From: a virus
Length of the DNA: 64,000 nt
Virus record (IMG/VR): IMGVR_UViG_3300037423_000584
Reading direction: 5' to 3' (one strand)
Of the stretch, positions 42,985 to 54,711 are shown piece after piece (within the stretch, counting starts at the first letter, position 1; every line of letters begins with the position of its first letter). Under the pieces are notes generated by a model. That model did no database searches, was not told where the DNA came from, and saw nothing but the letters and a program-made list of their open reading frames with translations. Made by a program: the position numbers and the translations under genes.

Positions 42985-43093
42985 GTACCCATAGCTTAAA
43001 GTGGCCCACCTTTGACTACCTACCTTTTGGTTGGCTGCGTGGCAAAGCAACTCATAATCTGAGTAGATCTTGGTTCGAACCCAAGTGGGTACA
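42985..43093 (+). ncRNA. tRNA-like RNA with D-loop hairpin displaying anti-leader sequence CCUACCUUU
   Basis: GTACCCA/TGGGTAC-A, GCTT/AAGC D-stem, insert CCAC..GACTA-CCTACCTTT-TGGTT..GTGG, ACTCA-TAATC-TGAGT arm, CTTGG-TTCGAAC-CCAAG. Confidence 0.8.
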
Positions 43094-43275
43094 TTCACAT
43101 CTACCAAACAGGGGAAGCTAATGAAACAAGTAGAGGATAAGGTTGTTCAGTTACTGGAATTAGCACGTTCTTATACAATTCGAGAAAAACTGAATATGCT
43201 TGAGGCAATGGAGTTGGGAATTTGCACAGTTGATGATCTTATTAATAGGGTCACAACGCAAATGGGAATAAATAT

Positions 43276-43533
43276 ATGTTGCGATGCAAAACATGTGACG
43301 AGCCTATTTCAGAAGACAGGATAAAAGCTATACTTACTACAACTGGTAATTTACCGGATACATGCACAATTCATTCAAACGTTGTTCGTCCTATTGGATT
43401 CATGGTTTCTGCATCAGACGATGCACAGGGCGGCAAAGTATACGGAAAGACTGGACAAGTTCTTTTAGCGATAGATCCTAGGAATAAAGAAGTTTTAAGA
43501 AAAGCAATTCGTTGTCATCGTAGGGCAAGGTAA
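43276..43533 (+). CDS. DksA/TraR-like zinc-finger protein
   Basis: C..C.E.I...RI.A.......C..H pattern. Confidence 0.5.
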   Translation: MLRCKTCDEPISEDRIKAILTTTGNLPDTCTIHSNVVRPIGFMVSASDDAQGGKVYGKTGQVLLAIDPRNKEVLRKAIRCHRRAR

Positions 43534-43678
43534 AGGATAGTTTCGGATAAAATGAGCAATCAGAACAGCAACAACCGTGGTAACAATAACCACAATGATT
43601 CTTATGTCGGTCGTGAGTCTAATTATCAGAATGAGAGTACCCATTCAAACAGAATCAAGAAGCTTTTGAAGAAAACGG

Positions 43679-44426
43679 ATGGACGCTCTCTTCGTGACAA
43701 GAGAATTCATGGGACTAAGAGGGGATTTTAGTAAATTTAATAAAAATCACAGTATAAAATATATGGCAAGATTAACTGTAAAAGATCAACAGGGTTTAGA
43801 TACAAACAATTTCTCACAACTTGTGATCGGACAAGGTTTTATCTGTAATCATTATAGATATATTAAAACTCATGATGGTGCAGCATTTAATCTTGATCAA
43901 TGTTGTATAAATTCATTTTCTGCTTCTGCTATTGTTTATCCTAGAGAAGTAGAAGTTGTCTTTAAATAATTATAAATATTAAACATGATTGAAATAGAAG
44001 ATAAAAGAGAAAGTAAGCTTACTAGTATCAATGATATACCAATTAATACTAGTTTTACGTACAAAGGTGGCTTGTACACAAAGATATCAAATGATAGCAA
44101 AAATAATGTTTTCTCGTTTAGAACTAATTCTTTAGATACATTTATCAATGCAAACTTGGTTTTATTTCCTGTGATAAAGATCAAAATTCAAATCTTAGAA
44201 TAATAATATGGTAGAAATAAAAGACAGAAGGAAAAGAGACTCAGCCTCCTTTGGCAATCTAGATACTCATACTAATTTTGAATACGAAGGTCGTTTATAT
44301 TCAAAGATAGATGTATCTGGTGAAAAAGATAACAGTTTTAGTTATTCAGATTGTCGAACAGTTACCTTTACACACAATACTATTGTTATTCCTGTAACTA
44401 AAATTTGCATTGATATTATTGAATAA
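43679..44426 (+). other. Three tandem paralogous ~70 aa CDS (43679/43763, 43985, 44208)
   Basis: Shared I.D.......F.Y.G.LY.K.....N.FS......F.....V.PV.KI.I.I.E pattern. Confidence 0.6.
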
Positions 44427-44682
44427 ATAAGAATTCATAAAATGTTTAGATTACATATTGATATTCCGATCTCAGAAGACGAAAACGAAGCTCAAGAAGT
44501 AGTAAAGAAACTTCAAGAGGGGATTAATAGCCTTCCGGGTAATAACGATAATCTTAAGAAATCTTTAAGTTATCGATTGTCTAGAGATGAAGATAGAACT
44601 GTAAGGAACTATCTTATCAAAAATGAAAATGGGCACGCTTCTACAAAGAAGTCTAAACTGATCAAGGAAGAATAATCTGTAT

Positions 44683-44765
44683 CCGCCGAACCCGAATTGG
44701 ACAGGAGTCGGCCTTATAAGCTGATGCTATAAAAGTAGTTGTGGGTTCGAACCCCACTCGGCGGA
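44683..44765 (+). tRNA. Atypical long-variable-arm tRNA with UAU anticodon (1)
   Basis: CCGCCGA/TCGGCGG, GTCGGC-CTTATAA-GCTGAT, variable hairpin, GTGGG-TTCGAAC-CCCAC. Confidence 0.8.
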
Positions 44766-44770
44766 CTTAT

Positions 44771-44853
44771 GCGACGTAAGCGAATTGGAAAGCAGGGAAC
44801 CTTATAAGCTCCTGCCTCGTAAGAGGTTACAGGTTCAAGTCCTGTACGTCGCA
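44771..44853 (+). tRNA. Atypical long-variable-arm tRNA with UAU anticodon (2)
   Basis: GCGACGT/ACGTCGC, GGAAC-CTTATAA-GCTCC, variable hairpin GCCTC-GTAA-GAGGT, ACAGG-TTCAAGT-CCTGT. Confidence 0.75.
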
Positions 44854-45877
44854 CTTATTGATTTGTCATACTAATATTAAAATATGATATTACAATTATG
44901 GTGGTACTTTGATCAAACCGGCGATTACATCTTTCTTAGAAATAGGGAAAATAATCAATGGATATCCAGATGGACAGCAAATCCTCCATTAATTAGGAAA
45001 TTTTTTGCCAGTGCTGGTAAAAAAATAGATACAAAAGATTGGCCAATACAAAAGCCGGACGGTTTGAATTATCTTACTAAATGTCCAGATTTTGAAAACC
45101 CAGTTGCTTTTACTTCTGGTAAACGCATTGAGATTATAGATAATAAGCATTGGCAAGATAGATTGAAATATTGGGGTATTGTCTAAAATGCCAAAACGAT
45201 CAATTGGCCAAAAAATCGTAGACAAGTTCAACGTAGCAAAGCTTAAACAACACGAAGATTTTAAAGATATCATTGCTCAAGGAAGAGATCCATTTGAATA
45301 TGGATATAAAGCACAAGATACATTGCTCGTTGAAATAATTAACCAAGAATTTACTAAGAAATTTAAGAAAATACAAGATCATATTATAAAAAGATTTTAT
45401 AATAAAATAACCATAAAACGTAAATTATAATGTCTAAATATATAATGCTCCTTACAGGAGCGGGAGAAGGTTGCGACTATTGTATCGATTGCAATAAGAA
45501 GTTTATTATTTTCGATGCTGAGTCCGACGAAAAAGCCATTGCTCATGCGACTGAATACATGAGTGATAATTTTAGCAGTGATGAAATTGATAAAGTTCAG
45601 TTATTGCGAGTAGGATCAGATCTTAGTGATTGTATCAAAATAAAAAAGCAGACATGAATAAATTCACAATCGCTGGTGTTGATATAGAAGACTTCGAAAG
45701 ATTTTGTTACTATATCGAAACTAATATGACAAAAGAAGAATTGATCAAATGGGATTATTCAAGAGACGTCTTGTTTGTATCTATTATTCTTGAAGGTCAT
45801 GTCGAACCAATTAATCCTAAACCCAACAAAATCGAAAGATACACAATCGATTCTAATGGTCATTTGGTAAAACTATA

Positions 45878-46570
45878 ATGAAAGATCAAAATAAAAAAAA
45901 TGTCCCTTCTGTAAATGACAAAGGTTTTGATTCTCTTTTTAGACAGATTTATGAAGTTGTTCTGCCTAATTTTAGTGGCACTAGAATTATGATGTTGCCT
46001 GTTATAATTGGAGATCCAAAATCATTGCCGGAATTTGTTAAAAATTATCGCGAGACTTTTGAACAAATTTGCAATGCCGCACAGAAGCATAATGGAGAAG
46101 TTGGATATCTTACTGTTGACGAAAAGACAGTAGAAGTTGGCAAAACACATAGACGTTCAGGGGCACATGTTGATGGTATTTATCAAGGTGGTAGTGGTGG
46201 CTGGGGTGGTGGCAGCACAGGCGGAAGCTGGGGTGGACATGGCAATGGAATGCTAACGGTTTCTAATCCTGCCGGATGTCGTGCGTGGCTACAATGGTTT
46301 GATGGATGGCCGGGATTTGAAGGTGAAGCCGATCATCTTATGAATCAAGCCAAAGATGAATGTGCAACATTATTCAAGCCTAATATGTTGTATTGGGTGG
46401 ATGGTTTGTGTGTTCATGAATCTGTTAAGTTTGATAAACCAGTACAAAGACAATTTGTTAGGTTGTCTCTTCCTAGCGACGGTCCTTGGTTTGAAGGATA
46501 TACGGTCAATCCTCTTGGTGTAATGCCGACTGGAAAGATCTTACCTCCTCGCAAGTTTATGGCAGCCTAA
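45878..46570 (+). CDS. Putative 2OG-Fe(II) oxygenase-like protein
   Basis: HRR.GAHVDG (HxD), distal H in CVHES, RQFVR. Confidence 0.55.
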   Translation: MKDQNKKNVPSVNDKGFDSLFRQIYEVVLPNFSGTRIMMLPVIIGDPKSLPEFVKNYRETFEQICNAAQKHNGEVGYLTVDEKTVEVGKTHRRSGAHVDGIYQGGSGGWGGGSTGGSWGGHGNGMLTVSNPAGCRAWLQWFDGWPGFEGEADHLMNQAKDECATLFKPNMLYWVDGLCVHESVKFDKPVQRQFVRLSLPSDGPWFEGYTVNPLGVMPTGKILPPRKFMAA

Positions 46571-47038
46571 ACAAATGACTAAATATACAGTAATAGGCTT
46601 TTATCCAAATAAAGCATCCGACGAATATTATAATGGTTCTATCTTCTTTGTATTAACTGACAGATCAACTTACGAAATTGAGCGTCATTTTAAGAACAAA
46701 GGTATAAAAATTATTGCCACATATAACGATTGGCATGAACCAGATTATGATTATTCTGTTGTTCCTGAGATAGAAAAGATATACTGATACTTATAGAGTT
46801 CCAAGGAGATGAATTAAACTTCTCTCTTTGGATTTTTTGTTTGGGGGCAGAGTGAAATCAATTAAAGAATTGATAGATACGCCATCTGGTATGTTAACCA
46901 CAGCAGATAGTTGTTTGATTGAAATATATGGATTTATATTTGCAGTGGTTTTTCTTATTTTAATATATAATGCATATAAGTTCTATTCTAGTCCTTATAA
47001 CCATGCAAAATATATTCTAAGCTTCTTTAAATTTAAGA

Positions 47039-47515
47039 ATGACTCATCAAGAAAAAATCAATGCAATCTTAAAACACAGACACGGAGTTACTCAATATAC
47101 AGAGAACCTCGGTTTGAAACTAATCGATAGAGGATTAGTTGATATTGGTCATCGTTTGATTATGAATGGCTTAGTTCATGATCAAAGCAAATTTACACCG
47201 TTTGAATTTGATCACTTGTGGCCAGATGATCCTCTTCTGGAAGAAGCCAGAATCCATCACGCTCGTAGTAATCCGCATCATCCAGAATATTGGGGTGGCA
47301 AAATTGCTTATATGCCTCCTGAATATTTAGCAGAATTCTCTTGCGATGTATCAGCAAGAGCTACTGAATTTGGTCAATCCCCTAGTGATTGGATAGAAAA
47401 CGAAGCAACAAAGAAGTATGACTTTGAAATAAATAGCAAAGTTCATAAGAATATTTGTTTCTATCTAGATCTTTTGTTTGATAAACCATTTAAACCAATA
47501 AAGAAAAAGAAATAA
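47039..47515 (+). CDS. HD-like (DUF5662-type) protein
   Basis: H...V, HDQSKF, HH...NPHHPEYW, MP..YL.E..CD..AR. Confidence 0.7.
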   Translation: MTHQEKINAILKHRHGVTQYTENLGLKLIDRGLVDIGHRLIMNGLVHDQSKFTPFEFDHLWPDDPLLEEARIHHARSNPHHPEYWGGKIAYMPPEYLAEFSCDVSARATEFGQSPSDWIENEATKKYDFEINSKVHKNICFYLDLLFDKPFKPIKKKK

Positions 47516-50086
47516 TAATGTATTGGCCATTTGAAAAGAAAACAAAATATAGACCAAGATTTATAGGATATTATTACGTTGTTGGTATTGTATTTATTCT
47601 AAATGGTATACTAAACATTATTGCTTCTCCTTTTGGATACATGTCCACAATTTCTGTTGACTTTTCTCTTTGGAATCTTAAAAAAGATTCAAAAAGATGG
47701 AAGGAGAATAGAACTTTTATTCAAAATGAAATGAGGAAACGCATCGAAGCAAAACAAATCGGGTGATTTATGTTCGCCAACCGGAGACACAAAAGAGCAT
47801 ATTACTCCGGCAATATGTTCAAGGCGTCTATAATATTAAAGGATCACTTATATAGATATGAAAGGTGGTGCAAAGAGATAGAGTTGAGGGCCGAAGTCGC
47901 TGCTCAACATGATGGACATCATTGATAGTTTATATGGCTATGGGCTATCTATGCGACGGGATTGAGGTTTAGTTAAGGGAGAGAGGCGGGTATTCTTTTA
48001 TATATATAGGAGTATATAAAATGAGCACCCAAGGAACGTTTCAAGGTATGGTTTACCTTTTTATCTTCCTCTTTCTGTTTTTCCTTATTAAAGGCTTAAT
48101 CCTATGAACCGTCTCAACGTTGAAATTATCATCCTTGATAAAAATCCGATCTACATCCGCGAAATCGTTAAAAGTGCAGAAAGCGGTGAAGAGGCTATTA
48201 CCTTTGCTTTGAGGAAGGTTTCGGACCATCTGCCTAGGCCGTTAGAAGTGGGTGATTGTGCGATTGTCAACAGTCTAAGCAGAACGTTTGTCGGATATTA
48301 TATTTTTGACAGAAACATGGAACCTGTTTCTGTTTCCAACCATGAACTTGAGTTCTGGGTAGCCAATATGGCTGGAAATCCAACAAAGAAACATGGTATT
48401 AGATCTGCTGCAAGAGAGATTATTGCACATCTACACCATACAGAGGGAAACAATCATGCAAACCACTAAGAAAGACAAGGAATCTCTCAAGAAGTGGGTC
48501 GAGGGGTATATCACGGCTATTATGCAAATGAAATTCCCGTCACAAGGAAAAACGGGAATGACATGGAAATTCATCAAGGGTGTTATAGACGACGAAACTT
48601 CTGTTCTTCCACAGAAGAAAAATCCTACTATGTGGAACGAATTAGATCAATATGGCAAGATAGATCTAATATCCAAAGTTTTAAATTCTCTTGCTAGAAA
48701 ATCAGTTATAGAATCATTTGAACGTAAGAGAGTTAGATATTATAGACTTAAGATCAAGGAAAACGGAAATCATAATAAGGCAGATACAAGTAATATAATG
48801 GTGTAAAATGTTATCTATTCCAGATGAAATCAATTCCTATTATTATGCAAAAAAGGAAGAGATTTATAGGATAACATTTAACAAAAAAGGAGATTACGCG
48901 AAAGTATATAGGAGTGATTCTATATATGACATGTGGCACCATACAAAATGGAAATGGGAAGTTTACAAAAAAGATATATTATCTTATTCTTTAACTCCTA
49001 AAACAATAATATCCTTCAATTACAAAGACAATGAACCTATAAGATTGATTGTATTTGCAAAATATGATCATCCATCCACTGGCAATACATTAATTTCGGG
49101 AATCAATTTAAATAAATTAACAGAGAAAGAAATCCAAGAAATAATTGATAACTATGATACTATCTTCAATGAAGATACAGTAAATATGATTATCATGGAA
49201 TGTAATCTCTTAATTCCCGATGTCTTTCGTAAAGGATATAGAACTTTTGATGAAAAATATGTTAAAAATCTTCAACAAGAATTATAATGGACATTAGTTT
49301 ACAAGACTTTCTTATATTGGTTAGTTCTTATTGTGCTCCAAATGGAGTAAATATAGTTCCTTCGATATCAACCAATGATACAATATATGTCAGAGATACA
49401 ACTCGTGGATCTGTATATGATGCTGGCATATATTATATAAAAGAAGGGAAGGTTAAAGGACTTACTAAGGCTTGGGAATCATTCTTGACTGAATTCAAGA
49501 ATTCAGGCTTGAATGCAGATGAATTTATCTTGAAGAAGAAAGAATAAATATCCACTTGAGGCTTGTTATGCCAAAAGGATATGAAGAAATTCGTGATAAA
49601 CTGATCGAACAAGGTAAATCAGAAAAGGAAGCAAAAACATTAGCAGCTAAAATCTGGAATTCAAAACATCCTGAAAATCCTGTCGGAAGAAACTACGATT
49701 ATTCGCCAAAATCCAAAGATACTGCAAAGAATCCTAAGAAGAAATAAAGATTCCCGCATGTAACTTGGGAGGAGGGGGCGAAGGGGTGCTTGTCATATCT
49801 AAAGTGGGTCGTCGTGGGGTAATTATGATTAGCAAATTGGTCATGGTAGAAAATGACGAAGAGTTCACAGTAATGGAACCGTTGACTGGAACTGTACTGT
49901 GTCGTACTATTATTCGTCAATTCGCCACTGACTTCATTTCTGGGTTTCTAGAAACCCTAGATAATTTGTTTAATGATATTGTGAATGAATTCATTGATTG
50001 TGAATCTGTTCCCTATATCATTGGATCAAATCACGCTGTTGAATGTTTTATTCATTTTAAGAAATCTTCTACTAGGATTATCAAAA

Positions 50087-50533
50087 ATGCGTTTCTTTAA
50101 AGGCATGACCACGTTTGAAATTATCCTTATTGTTCTAGTAATAATTATAGTAATTTGCATGGTTGCAAGACATTCGCAGGCCAAAGTCAATCCTACAATG
50201 GATGACTTTTTTTATGCAATTGGCAAAGTTGAAACAGAAAACAACGATAATGCCATTGGAGACGGCGGAAAATCAATTGGTCGATATCAAATCCAGTATA
50301 ATTACTGGCTAGATTCTAAAATCGGCTATGGTACTTATAAAGACTGTAAGAAGAAAGAATATGCCGAAAAAGTAATGACAAAGTATTGGGAGAGATATTG
50401 TCCTAAAGCATTACAAGACAAAGATTTTGAGAGATTAAGTCGCACACATAATGGTGGACCTAATGGTGCCAATATCAAAGCAACAGAGAAATATTGGCAA
50501 AAGGTCAAAAATATTTTAGACAATGAAATATGA
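50087..50533 (+). CDS. Lysozyme-like (i-type/destabilase-like) muramidase with N-terminal membrane segment
   Basis: AI..VE, AIGDGGKSIG.YQI...YW.D, R.HNGGP.G. Confidence 0.7.
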   Translation: MRFFKGMTTFEIILIVLVIIIVICMVARHSQAKVNPTMDDFFYAIGKVETENNDNAIGDGGKSIGRYQIQYNYWLDSKIGYGTYKDCKKKEYAEKVMTKYWERYCPKALQDKDFERLSRTHNGGPNGANIKATEKYWQKVKNILDNEI

Positions 50534-50789
50534 ACTCATTTATAGCCTAGATCATAGAGCTTTCTTTATTAAAAGAAAAGTTTCAGTAGAGGGAATAGAG
50601 AAGAAAAATAGGGAATATTTAACCAAAGGTGGAAGCTGGTTACTCAGAAAGAGTAAGTTTGGCTTTGGTGATATTCCGATAGATCAAATTTCATTTAATT
50701 CTCAACGTTATGCCTTATCTTTCTTTAAACGTTTAGAGGGAGATAAGGCTATTTCTATTTCCAAATGGGTAAGGAGACAGTTCAAGTGA
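50523..50789 (+). CDS. NSRR-motif family small protein
   Basis: YLTKGGSW...FNSQRYALSFFKR. Confidence 0.7.
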   Translation: MKYELIYSLDHRAFFIKRKVSVEGIEKKNREYLTKGGSWLLRKSKFGFGDIPIDQISFNSQRYALSFFKRLEGDKAISISKWVRRQFK

Positions 50790-52505
50790 TTAAGTGGATC
50801 GTTCTTGGTATTATTGGTCTTGTTTTATTTATTAGTCTTGGTTCTTTTATCTCTAATTTTAACAGAGAGAAAGATCTTAGAACGCAATTTAATGCACAAA
50901 TCAGTTCGAATCAAGCAGACTTTGATAATATGTACAAAGTCATCGCCCAGAAATATCAAGTAAAGGGTGATTTTGAAAATACCTTCAAGACTGTTGTTTC
51001 CGAAGCAGCAAAGGGTCGAGAAGGTGGTTCTTTGGCTAAATTCGTCCAAGAAAACTATCCTACTATGGATACTTCCATCTATAAAGAAATGATGGCGACC
51101 ATTGAAGGAAAGAGAGACGAGTTTACGTCAAGACAACGCAAAATGGTGGATATCAAGCGTGAACATGATTATCTGATCAGTCGATTCCCCACTAATCTTA
51201 TGTTGTTTTGGGTGCAGCCTTTGGAACTCAAGCTTGTTACGTCTAGTAAGACTGAGAAAGCTTATCAGACTGGCAAGGATGACGATATTAAACTTTAGTA
51301 TTTGATCCCGGTCTGAGATCTCCTTTGATACTCATAGGTGAATAGCCTATGGGTATTTTTATATGATAACTACGATAATCTGTGGATTAATGCCGTTTAT
51401 TGCAATTATGATTATCCTAAAGATGGATCTTTGGAGTGTTAAAAGCGATAAACTTAAATTATACTTCATTACTATTCCCGTATGTCTTGCGATATGCGGG
51501 ATTATGTTTTTAATAGGAACTTGTAGTCATACGTATTTCAATGAAATATGGAACTATAAGATTATTTCTATTCATTATTATCAAGCTTGGGATGAAGAAG
51601 TTTCTTGTAGACATCCTAAATACAAGACTGTAATAAGAAGAGATTCAAAGGGTAATACTTATACCGAACAAGTGTTCGATGGGTATAAACATCTATATGA
51701 TGTCGATTACCACCCAGAACATTGGGTAGCTCACGATGAATACAATAACGATCATGAGATATCTAGACAAGATTACCAAGAGTGGAAAAGAAAATGGAAG
51801 AATGAAGTATTCGTTGATATGCACAGAAGTTATCATTCTATAGATGGTGATATGTTTGAGTGTGATTGGCCACGGACTTTTGACATGATTTATCCGTGGT
51901 CCCATGTTGATAGCTATCAAAACAAAGTAAGAGTATCTAAATCTGTTTTTAATTTTGAGCCAGTAAGTAAAGAGATAGAAGAAAAGTATCAAAGGCCCGC
52001 AGATAATGGTGATTATTCGGTTATTCATGGATATAATGTATCAATACCGAATACTTATCAATGGAAGTTTAGGCTTCTAAATGCGAATCTTGGGCCTAAT
52101 TACAAAGTTCACAATATTGTTCTGATATTTGATGCTTCTAAGTATCAACAATCAGAAATTCAAACTGTTAGGAATGCTTGGAAAGGTCCTAACAAGAATG
52201 AACTTGTTACTTGTATAGGAATCGATGGTTCGCAGAAAGTTATTTGGTGTCAAGTATTCTCATGGATGGATGACACAACTATTCATAGTTTGATTAGACA
52301 AGATGTTTTATCAATGTCTAAATTAGATTATGATAGATTGCTAAGTAGTCTTGATGTCCATATAAGAACTAAATGGCACAAGAAATCCTTTAAAGATTTT
52401 GACTATATAAGTATTAATCTGCCAACAGGTTTCAAAGTGGCAGATTTTATTTTATGTGCGATTACTTGTATTGTGTCATACTTCGTAATCGATAGCAAAG
52501 TTTAA
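50765..52505 (+). other. Two membrane-protein CDS (50765-51298 LemA-like helical; 51363-52505 multi-TM)
   Basis: N-terminal TM plus helical domain ending L...FP.N; partner with two N-terminal and one C-terminal TM segments. Confidence 0.55.
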
Positions 52506-52512
52506 GACACAC

Positions 52513-52660
52513 GCCACGATGGTTTAATAGGAGACTGTATATTGGATCAGTCCCCAGCAAACAAGTGTGCAAATGCTTGTATGTATGGCACCCCTTTATA
52601 TTTGTCAGATGACGCTGTTCTCTCAGAACAGAGATTTAGGTTCGAGTCCTAATCGTGGTA
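52513..52660 (+). ncRNA. D-loop-insertion tRNA-like RNA, copy 5
   Basis: GCCACGA/TCGTGGT-A; CTGTT-CTCTCAG-AACAG; followed by NSRR gene 52669-52932. Confidence 0.85.
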
Positions 52661-52938
52661 TTTTATATATGCCAAATTATATTTATAAGTTTCTTTATGG
52701 ATCAGATACTCTATACTGGGTATATAGATTTGATATAAACAATAAACAAAGACAAATAGAATGGTTATCGTTAGATGGAAAATGGTTAAAATATCCAAAA
52801 TATGATAACAATACATCAGAAGAAGAAAGACAAAATCTTATTATAGAATTTGATAAAAAAACAGATTTTAATTCAAAAAGATGGCTTCTGTCAGTTCTAA
52901 AAAGTTCTGTTGGTAAAGTTAAAATTCATTAAAACAAT

Positions 52939-53073
52939 GCCCTATTGATCTAATAGGTGAAACAAAAGTTTTATAGTCACTAGTGTAGCAATATATATAG
53001 CACTATTTTCTTTTGTTTCTTATGATACTAATCTCTCAGATTAGAAATATACGTTCGAATCGTATAGAGGGTA
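52939..53073 (+). ncRNA. D-loop-insertion tRNA-like RNA, copy 6
   Basis: CTAAT-CTCTCAG-ATTAG; followed by NSRR gene 53078-53320. Confidence 0.8.
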
Positions 53074-53322
53074 CTTTATGGAGTATGAATATTATATATG
53101 GGAAATAAGAAGAGGATTTTTTACTATATTTAGACAGAAAGAAGACGAACATAATAATCTTTTTACAGATTATTTAACTCGTTATGGGCAATGGAAAGGA
53201 GTGTTTAGGTTAAACGACGATGAGGCAGATTTTAATTCTAGACGCTGGGCAATATCTGTTTTTAAGAAAATAATTAAAAATAAATCTCTTGTAAAATACA
53301 TTCCAGTTAATGAAAGATAATC

Positions 53323-53586
53323 ATGAATAAAAATATCTTTAAGTATATTGTTTTGATTTTATTTTCTATCTCGTTTGTTATCGGATGTGATCAAGAACCA
53401 GATCGATCTAATAAACAAAGTAATCATAATTACAAAATCACTCTTCATAGAGGAGATTGTATAGTTGGACAGTGGTATTCAGTTGATAGACCATACATGA
53501 GTAATTCTGGTATATTACATTTTGATAATGCAGATACTAATAAAGAAGTTATGGTTTCTGGAATTATAGTAGTCGAACAACAATAA
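53323..53586 (+). CDS. Putative lipoprotein
   Basis: Signal peptide with lipobox VIGC. Confidence 0.6.
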   Translation: MNKNIFKYIVLILFSISFVIGCDQEPDRSNKQSNHNYKITLHRGDCIVGQWYSVDRPYMSNSGILHFDNADTNKEVMVSGIIVVEQQ

Positions 53587-53593
53587 GTATTTC

Positions 53594-53729
53594 GCCGATC
53601 TGATCTAATAGGCGATGAGGAATTTGGATAATCCCCAGCTTAGAAATAAGCATGGCATTGTTTGAATTCCGATTCATAAGATATTCTACTCTCAGTAGAA
53701 AAATCGTGGTTCGACTCCACGGATCGGTA
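53594..53729 (+). ncRNA. D-loop-insertion tRNA-like RNA, copy 7
   Basis: GCCGATC/GATCGGT-A; TTCTA-CTCTCAG-TAGAA; followed by NSRR genes 53735 and 53928. Confidence 0.85.
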
Positions 53730-54147
53730 TTTTTATGACTACGTACTATAAATTAAGAAATGAGAGATCTGGATATAGAATAATAAAATATCCGCAAGGT
53801 GAACCTCACTTATATCTTCTTAAGAACGGAACTTGGTATCGTTGGTATAATAATAGAATTCTTTTTAATTCAAGAAGATATGCGATTCAAATTTTCAAAA
53901 AATATTATCCAAACGATAGGTTAATAGATGAATCCACTTCCTGATACTGAATATGAAATAGCTTCTGGTTTTCGCGGATATAGAATAATAAAATGGTTCT
54001 GGGATAACAATAATATATATCGTTATAATTATCTTGATAAAAATGGCAACTGGACCAGAGAACATTGCCATTATAATTCAAAGAGATATGCTATAAGTAT
54101 ATTTAAAAAATATCTTCCAAAAACAAAATTCTTTATAAAATAACAAC

Positions 54148-54291
54148 GCCCCAGTGGTCTAATAGGCGAGGAGTGAATTTGAGAAGTCCCCAGTTTGCTG
54201 TGCAAACAGTAGATATGGCACCTCATATTTACGAATCATATGACAGTGCTCTCTCAGAGCAAAGATCCAAGTTCGAATCTTGGCTGGGGTA
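54148..54291 (+). ncRNA. D-loop-insertion tRNA-like RNA, copy 8
   Basis: GCCCCAG/CTGGGGT-A; TGCT-CTCTCAG-AGCA; followed by NSRR gene 54302. Confidence 0.85.
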
Positions 54292-54564
54292 TTTTTGATA
54301 TATGAAATATTTTATAGATGCTACATGTCCAGAAGATATAGTTGTCATGAGACAACCAGAAAATCGTGAATTGTATCCAGACTCAGTTTGGCTTAATCAC
54401 GATGGCAAATGGGAAGATAGTCCATACTATGAACGCAACAGAACAGAATATAATAAATTTCTTAAAAGAACTACATTTAATTCTGTAAGATGGGCTCTTT
54501 CTGTTTTATATAAAGCAGAAGGTAAAAAGATCAAAAAAGAAATAATTACAGATTTTTAATTATT

Positions 54565-54711
54565 GCCCCGATGGTCTAATAGGCGACAATGAATTAAGAA
54601 TATCCCCAGTTTCCTAGCGAAAACGCTAAGAAATATGGCATATCTTGATTCTGAGTCAGATGACGACAATCTCTCAGATTGTAGATCTTCGTTCGAGTCG
54701 AAGTCGGGGTA
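54565..54711 (+). ncRNA. D-loop-insertion tRNA-like RNA, copy 9
   Basis: GCCCCGA/TCGGGGT-A; ACAAT-CTCTCAG-ATTGT; followed by NSRR genes 54716, 54958, 55176. Confidence 0.85.
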
